The notes beneath the pieces were generated by a model, which ran no database searches, was not told the origin of the DNA, and saw only the letters and a list, made by a program, of their open reading frames with translations. A program made the position numbers and the translations under genes. From the human T2T-CHM13v2.0 reference genome, Homo sapiens, in assembly GCF_009914755.1 (NCBI RefSeq), contig NC_060926.1: 64,000 nucleotides of DNA, one strand, 5' to 3'. Below, piece by piece: positions 56,028-64,000 of this stretch (within the stretch, counting starts at the first letter, position 1; the number at the start of each line of letters is the position of its first letter).

Positions 56028-57307
56028 AACAGCCATTTTTTTACATGAGGCTAGCAGGCTAAATGCCTGGAAGCAGCATTTTGCAGGCATGGAGATGCTA
56101 ATTCCACCTTCAGATCATAGGATGCGCTGGGTAGAATAAATGAAGATATTTCAATTAACACTAACAGTTAATGAGAGAATGACAGAGTGAAAATATTAGC
56201 TGATAACTTCAACAATGCTATGAAATCTGGTTTTACCTGAATAATTTAGGGTGAAGCATGTATAAGACCTTTGGGATATGACGGTTTGTGTTCAAATATT
56301 CACAAAAAGCAAAACAAAACAACTTCCTTGGAGAAGCATTGTGGTTCTTTAAGGCTAAGGAGCAATAATAAATGCTCAATAAAGCCTTCTGAATGTACGG
56401 AGGATTTCGTTAATGTAAAACATGGGTTAGAGAGGGCAGAGTAAAAAGACTTAAGAGCAAGAGGAATAATGTAGGACAAGATCAAGGAGAGAGTGAAAGA
56501 GATTGAGGTGCATTGATATAAAGCACAGACTTGAGGAAAGACAAAAGAGTATGGAGAAGAGCAAAAAAATAGGCTATTGCTGTGTCCAAGGAAAACTGAG
56601 CTGTGAAGCATGCTGGATTGAATTTATCTAACTTCTGGTTTGTCAAAAGATTCAGCTCTCCTGGTGGGTAGGAATAAGTTTGCCTAGAATTTTGAGAACC
56701 TGCAGATTGGATGAATTGCCCTGATAATAGATGGGAGACTCCTTGCTTTAGAGACGTCAAACAAAATCTGGCTGTCTCCATGTCTAGAATGGAGACACTG
56801 GTGTCAATGGAGGCTGGTGTCAAGGAGCCTTGGTGATCACTGCTGCTCTCTATGAGTTACATTCTGTGCACTGATCTACATTACCATCTAACCATAACTC
56901 TTTTCTGATGCAAATTGTGTCATGGCCATCCTCTGTGATAAGTGGCATCCTTTGGGCCCTCAAGGATTGCAGTAATGAGAATACTGTGAACTAGGCTGAG
57001 TCCTTAAGAGCTACGTATTCCACAGGCATGAAGCTCTGCAGATCAGTGAATCCCTCTACAGAACTAATACTACACAATAGTCTACATTTCCAAAACTTGC
57101 ATGTATTCTGCATAATCTCAGACATATAACTGGGAAAATGATAGAATAGCTGTCTTTAATATGATAAACCAAATCTAATAATTAACAAGGGCAAAACAAT
57201 GAAAATCTTGGTTGGTCATTTCATGTAAAGGCACATAAGAGACAGTTTCCAAATAATATGTAAATTTCAAAGTCTGATGGTCACATTTTAGAGCCCAGCT
57301 AGACTAC

Positions 57308-57663
57308 TGTATTAGTCCATTTTCACACTGCTATAAAGATACTACATGAGACTGGCTAATTTATGAAGAAAAGAGATTTAATTGACTCACAGTTCTGCAG
57401 GGCTGGGGAGGCCTCAGGAAACTTATAATCATGGCGGAAGGCAAAGGAGAAACAAGGCACGATTTCAAAAGGCGGCAGGAGAGAGAGAGTGTGCAGGGGA
57501 ATCTGCCCCTTTTAAGCCATCAGATTGCACAAGAACTCCCTAACTATCATGAGAACAGCATGAGAGAAACTGCCTCCACGATCCAATCACCTCCCACCAG
57601 GTCCTTCCCTCCATTACAATTCAAGATAAGATTTGAGTGGGGACACAGAGCCAAACCATATCA
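57308..57663 (-). mobile_element. THE1D/MSTA-like solo LTR inserted in a MIR
   Basis: TG...CA ends, TSD actac (57303-57307, 57664-57668). Confidence 0.92.
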
Positions 57664-58346
57664 ACTACTGACTAGTGAAATAATGTTGGACAAGTTCATT
57701 AGCTTTTCTAAGGCTCAGTTTCCTCATCTATAAATTGGAAATGCCATGAATACCTATGTCATACATACCCATGTACTGTACTTAGCTCAGTGCCTAGTAA
57801 ACAGTCGTCACTCCATAAATGGCTACTATCATCATCACCATCCTCATTATTAATAACAGAAGCCAAAATGTCAACACTGCCAGCTCTTCAGTGCGGCATT
57901 CTCAAGTCTGTGGAAATAAAGTTGTTGTCTGATAATTTTATTATATTAACATTCAATTTCTCAGAGAATTTCTCATGAAGAGTCAAATAATCAGCAGGTC
58001 TTGACTTCAGACTGTTTCAAATAATCCGTATTTGTTCCAATACAGGAGTTAGGTGAGGAGGAGTAGTTGATTAGCCATGGAAAAATACAAAATTCAGAGG
58101 CACAAAAGAAAAAACTGGCAGGTCCTGTTTAAGCATTGGAGAAGGAAAAAGAGACACTTTCTATTTCAGTAGTAGTTCTACCACTGTGTAGAAAAGAATA
58201 ATCAGCTTATTAAAATCTGAAGCCACCAAACAGTGAAGGCAAATCACCAAATATCTTATATTGCTACTTTGACTTTTTTTGAATCACTGATGAAGAAAAT
58301 GTGCATTATTTCCTGTCTGAGTTTCTGGAAATCACATTTCTCACTT

Positions 58347-59040
<694 letters not shown>

Positions 59041-59428
59041 CACTTGTAAACTATTTAATATTTAATGCCAATTATAATTTGACTCTGGGCAAATTATTAC
59101 TTTTCTAGGATTCAGTTTCTTCACCTATAACATTGAGGTAATTACCAATCTGACAGACCCATAGTAAGGCATTAATGAGATAGCAGAATGACAACACCTA
59201 CTAAGATACTTAAACACGAGTTCCTCTTCTTCCTGCCATTCCTGAAGCATGGACAGGAAACAGTTTAAGACCCCAGACACGCAGCTCTGGGAGCAGACAT
59301 AGGTTGCCAGGTGAAATGACATTCTAATGCTGATATAAACCAAGATCCTTTTACACATCAATACTACGTACTGGAGCTGAACCAATCCACAAGCATAGTA
59401 CAAAATGATGGTACTGGTATGTATATGG

Positions 59429-59484
59429 TCCAGCCTGGGCAACAGAGCAAGACTCTGTCTAAAATAAAAAAAAAGAAAAGAAAA
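59429..59484 (+). mobile_element. Extremely 5'-truncated Alu 3' end
   Basis: tccagcctgggcaacagagcaagactctgtct followed by an A-rich tail. Confidence 0.8.
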
Positions 59485-61838
59485 GGAAATATCATACATC
59501 TAAATTAAAAATAGAGCTAGACCAGCAAGAAACTACCTGTAAACTACATCTGTATTAACCACTAAACCAATTATTTTTTATTGGAAGCAAATATTACACA
59601 TAAAGTTTTGAGTTTTCTTCTAAAGAACAGCTTTATAGTAATTGTTCCATATAATTGTTACTCCTTTCCCTGTGGACTAGTAAAGTAGTTTTATGAGACA
59701 CCTGTCAAGACTTATATAAGGAATGGTCACTGACCATAGATCCAATTGAGTCGACATACTTTTCCAAAGATCAAATTCTTGACCTTGTGTGATCTGCCAG
59801 CCCCCAAGAAGTTTTATACATTCCTTTGCATGGTCTTGTGCCACGCCATGATGGCAGCTGCTACTTAGATTCAAATGATCTCAATGGGCATTTCCATATG
59901 GTGTGAGTTAAATTCATAATGACAATCATCTGCTCATGTTGCATTTTTTTCAGATAACCTTGGAATTATTTCAGAAGGCTGAAACTGTATAAATTTAAAT
60001 GGCAGACAACAACTAAGAAAGAATTACCATACAAGCCGATGATTCCCAGAGAGATTTGTTTTCTGTCTTCATTATAGCATTGACATTTCCTTTAGAAACT
60101 TAACATATATGGTCTAACATTCTACACCAACATGGCCAGAATCAATACAAGTAAAATTACGTGCACTGATGACCACACTCACCCTGAGTACAGTGTTTCT
60201 TTCTCTTAGTACACACATCATCTGTATCTCCACTGCTTCCAGTGGGAATTTAAGATCATGATGCAGACTGAAGTGTTTCTGAAAAGTTAAATCTTCCCAT
60301 AAAGATTTGCATATAAATTTATACATTCCTGAAATATTTGATTTACTGGGTTTATATACACACACATTCACACCACACACACAGACGTGACACAGTAATA
60401 TAAAATGTAGAAATCATAATTAAGAGAATACTATCTGTTCAATCAACTTCCTTGGAGAAAACTTCTTGAAGGACATGATTCTTTATTTTGATAATGAAGG
60501 ATTTCTAGAATTTGTATTGTGGCAAGGCAAGGGAAGTGGATTTCTGAGTTCACTGAAGTCATCATTGGCCAGTAGTAACTTGAAAAGCATTACTTTCCTC
60601 ACCATTTGTCCACCAACCAGGCTAAAATATCATGGGAACTTAGAAACAAAAACATTTCTCCAATCTACTCTGGAAATGTTAATAATGTATATAATAGCAT
60701 GTTAAAAGACAATAACACTTATTTGTGCTATTGATCAGTGCCTCTCATAAAATTGAAGAGAGAAATACTGAAAATCTGAAACACTTTTCTCCCCCTTTCC
60801 CTTAACAGCACAAAAGATTTGGAATGAAAAAACTATTCCGTATTCTCTGTTACTGACTTGGCTATGAGTTATGTTGCTTTGCATTTAACTATGCTTATAT
60901 AGCTAATCCACAGAAAGTGCTGTAGTTTGGAAAAAATATAGAGGTATGTAACTGACATTTTCTGTGGCGAAACATTAAAAACATGTTTGGGTTACTCATA
61001 TAATCAGAAGATGTTTCAACTGCTCTAACTACAAAATGTTGACTTATTTTCTGTATATAAGTTTACCAAAATACCACGTTCACCTAAAGTATGTAAAAAT
61101 TTTCCTAAAGTTTTTTAGGAACTTATGCTAAAGTACATAAAATTATGTACTTTATGTACTTTTCCTAAAGTTTTTTAGGAAATTATGCTAAAGTACATAA
61201 AAATTTTCCTCTTTTAATTTTTTAAAGAATAACAAAGTATCAATTGAACATAAAAGTGGCTCTCACCCACTAATATTTCTGATGCTTAATTTGAATTTAT
61301 ATAAAATCAGTAAGCAGATCTTAGAATTGTAGAATGACAAAGTTTTCAGAGTGCCATCTGGAAAAGGCAAGTGCTTCTCTCTTAATTGACCACTTTTTAT
61401 ACTAGATATACTGAATTTTATGTATATTGGGAAAACTAAATTCTAATGTGAATCACTAAGATGTGATTTATGTGACCTGTGATATCTTTTAAAAATATAT
61501 TTTAAAAAATTAAAAATGTAAAGCTTAAGAAATGTGAAGCTTAAAAAAATAAGGCTTACTATCAAATCTGAGCAGCCCAATTTGGTGCTGGGCTAAATTA
61601 AGAATGAATTAGAGTATGAGTGTCCTATAAAATATTACAAAGAAGAAATTAAATTCAAAATATTTTAACTATAGAAGTGTATAGATATATAAATAAAAGG
61701 CCAAAAATGATCATTTTCCCTTGCAGCTTTTGAAAAATTAGTTTATTTACTTATTAGTAATAATATTCAACCTTATATTGGGCTATATCACCTTTCTGTG
61801 TCTAAATTTCCTCAACTGTAAAACTAGTGTAAAACTCA

Positions 61839-62146
<308 letters not shown>

Positions 62147-62654
62147 GAATTAGGAAGCAGAAAATGAATATTAGCTGTTACTATTGTTCATTCATTCATT
62201 CATTGAATTAATTATACTCTGCTGAATCTGGAGTACTAAAACAAAAAATACTCTCCAGGGTGAGTAACTGCACTGGGTAGGAAAAAGATGCAAAAAACAA
62301 AACAAAACAAAACAAAAACCCAAAAACCAATTGCATTACCAATTCTGTTGAACATGAGAAAGTGTTATGAAGTTGCATGAAAGTTATATAGAAAGGAATA
62401 TGAAAATACAAAGTTATATAGAAACACAGAGGAAGGAAGTGTTAACTGAACACAGGCTAGAATTGCAAGACCCCATACTGTGGCACCTACAAATGGTGAC
62501 AATCTTTAGTGGTTAGCAATTTATTGTAAAATCCAATTATGTAATATTGATTTATTGAAAACAGTGTAACTTCAAAGCAACTGTAATTTTCCTAAGTAGT
62601 AAAACAGTCTGTAAACAGCAGCAGGGTGATTAACAGGGCCACAAGGATGACTAC

Positions 62655-63110
62655 TGCGCCTGTTAAATTTGGCTGGTAAAAAGACAATGAGCCCAAATAG
62701 ATTCAGACAGTTTTTCACTTACACAGATAGCAAAGGCAAGATCAGCACGGAGTCAGCTCCCCATGTTCTAGTCCCACAGGACAATTCAACCAGAGAGGCT
62801 ATCTGAAGACAAAGCAGACAGTGTCTCTTTCACCGAGAAGCCAAGCTAAACTACAGCCAAGCAGTTTTATAGACTTAATGGGAATCCTGTATCAATAGCC
62901 TAAGATGAGTGGGGGGAGCAAGATTGATAAGAAATTGCCTCATGATGGTTCCTCACCAGACTGCTTACCTTCCTTGGCTCCAGCAGAAGTTGCAGGGTCT
63001 TCTGCCAGGAGTCTAATAAGACTGTGGTCCAGCCTTGCATATGTAGCCCAGGTGGAGACAAGAAAACTCAACAGGATACTTCCTAGTGGAGCTGTTCCCT
63101 TCTACCTCTA
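62655..63110 (-). mobile_element. Possible old ERV LTR, family not identified
   Basis: Abruptly higher-GC block with an antisense TATA-like motif (gcagttttatag at ~62861-62872) and LTR-like layout. Confidence 0.4.
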
Positions 63111-64000
63111 GATTAGACCCCATTGTTCTTTGATTCTTATAACCAATACTGCACCCTTCCTCAGGTTTTGTTAAATACATAGAGGTTTTTGTTTGTTTGT
63201 TTCTACTGTAATTTTCACTAATATCTAACATTATTTATGATATTAGATTTGTTAATCCCAAGACATCTTGACATAGTTGATACTAATATCAAATAAACTC
63301 CAAGCTTATTATATAGATGGAGAGAGTTCTACATTAAGACAATATGGAGCTTCTATAAATAAGTAATTTGAATTACAGATCCCAAACCTGATGTAGGCTA
63401 CTAGCACCAAAAAGGAAATATAAATAAGAATAATGTTGAGTACATTCTAAACTTGAAGGTTAGAACCTCAAATCTACTGTCAATTCTTTAAATTAATATA
63501 GAATGCATGAAAAAATCAAACAAAATGATTAAATAGAAGAGGTTGAAATATTAAATAACATAAATATGTGATACTCAAAGCACTAAAACTAGAAGGAACT
63601 TAGAAATGGCCAGGGAATGGTAAAATTGATGTCTTCTACATTCTACCGCATCATTTATGCTTAATTCAATATTAGCAATTTGAACTTATAGCTCCCTGAC
63701 CAAGAGATTATAAAAGAAGATTCTGACTACAGGGAGAGCAATTCCAAGCAGCTGTTCAAACAAATATAATTTCTGTGAATTTTCTTGATGTTCTTGGGTG
63801 TGATCTTTAGTTTAAAAAGAACTCAGGTGGGGATTCCATTTGAAGTGGAATTTAGGAAGATTGAACTTGCAGTGAAAAAGCTAATGAACCTGGGAAGCTG
63901 TCCCGGTTTGTTGCCACCTGAGATGGGCCTTCTCAGCTCTGCTGGCAAAATACAAGTGTGACGCTATGGTTGGTAAGTGATAGATCCAGCTCTCTGAAAG

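Noticed and set aside
61101-61200. CRISPR-like repeat-spacer-repeat appearance
   Set aside because: Only two copies, the spacer is derived from the repeat itself, the context is eukaryotic, and there are no cas genes.
62741-62760. RE1/REST-like tcagcacggagtcagctcc
   Set aside because: Spacing is one base short and the GGACAG core is mismatched; it lies in a probable LTR.

Overview
AT-rich, repeat-dense primate (most likely human) genomic DNA, not microbial. It contains the 5' end of the neuronal PI3K/WAVE adaptor gene NYAP2 (KIAA1486) on the + strand. The parts are ~15 kb of upstream intergenic sequence, a promoter/first-exon region near 15.4-16.3 kb, a uORF-rich 5'UTR exon (16414-16893), the first coding exon (24714-24951, ATG at 24731), and ~39 kb of the following long intron. 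Nearly all other ORFs in the track are spurious readings of Alu, L1, L2, MIR and MaLR repeats. The most notable observations are: a 43-nt HERV-W/LTR17-like polyadenylated retrocopy inside a THE1 LTR; an unexplained 39-bp element repeated 3 kb apart; a stop codon and poly(A) signals at the coding-exon donor (possible 74-aa isoform); six uORFs; two twin-primed L1s; and a template-switch-like duplication. Repeat subfamily names and the gene identity come from recalled consensus sequences, not database searches. I found no convincing evidence of a wholly new multi-gene system.
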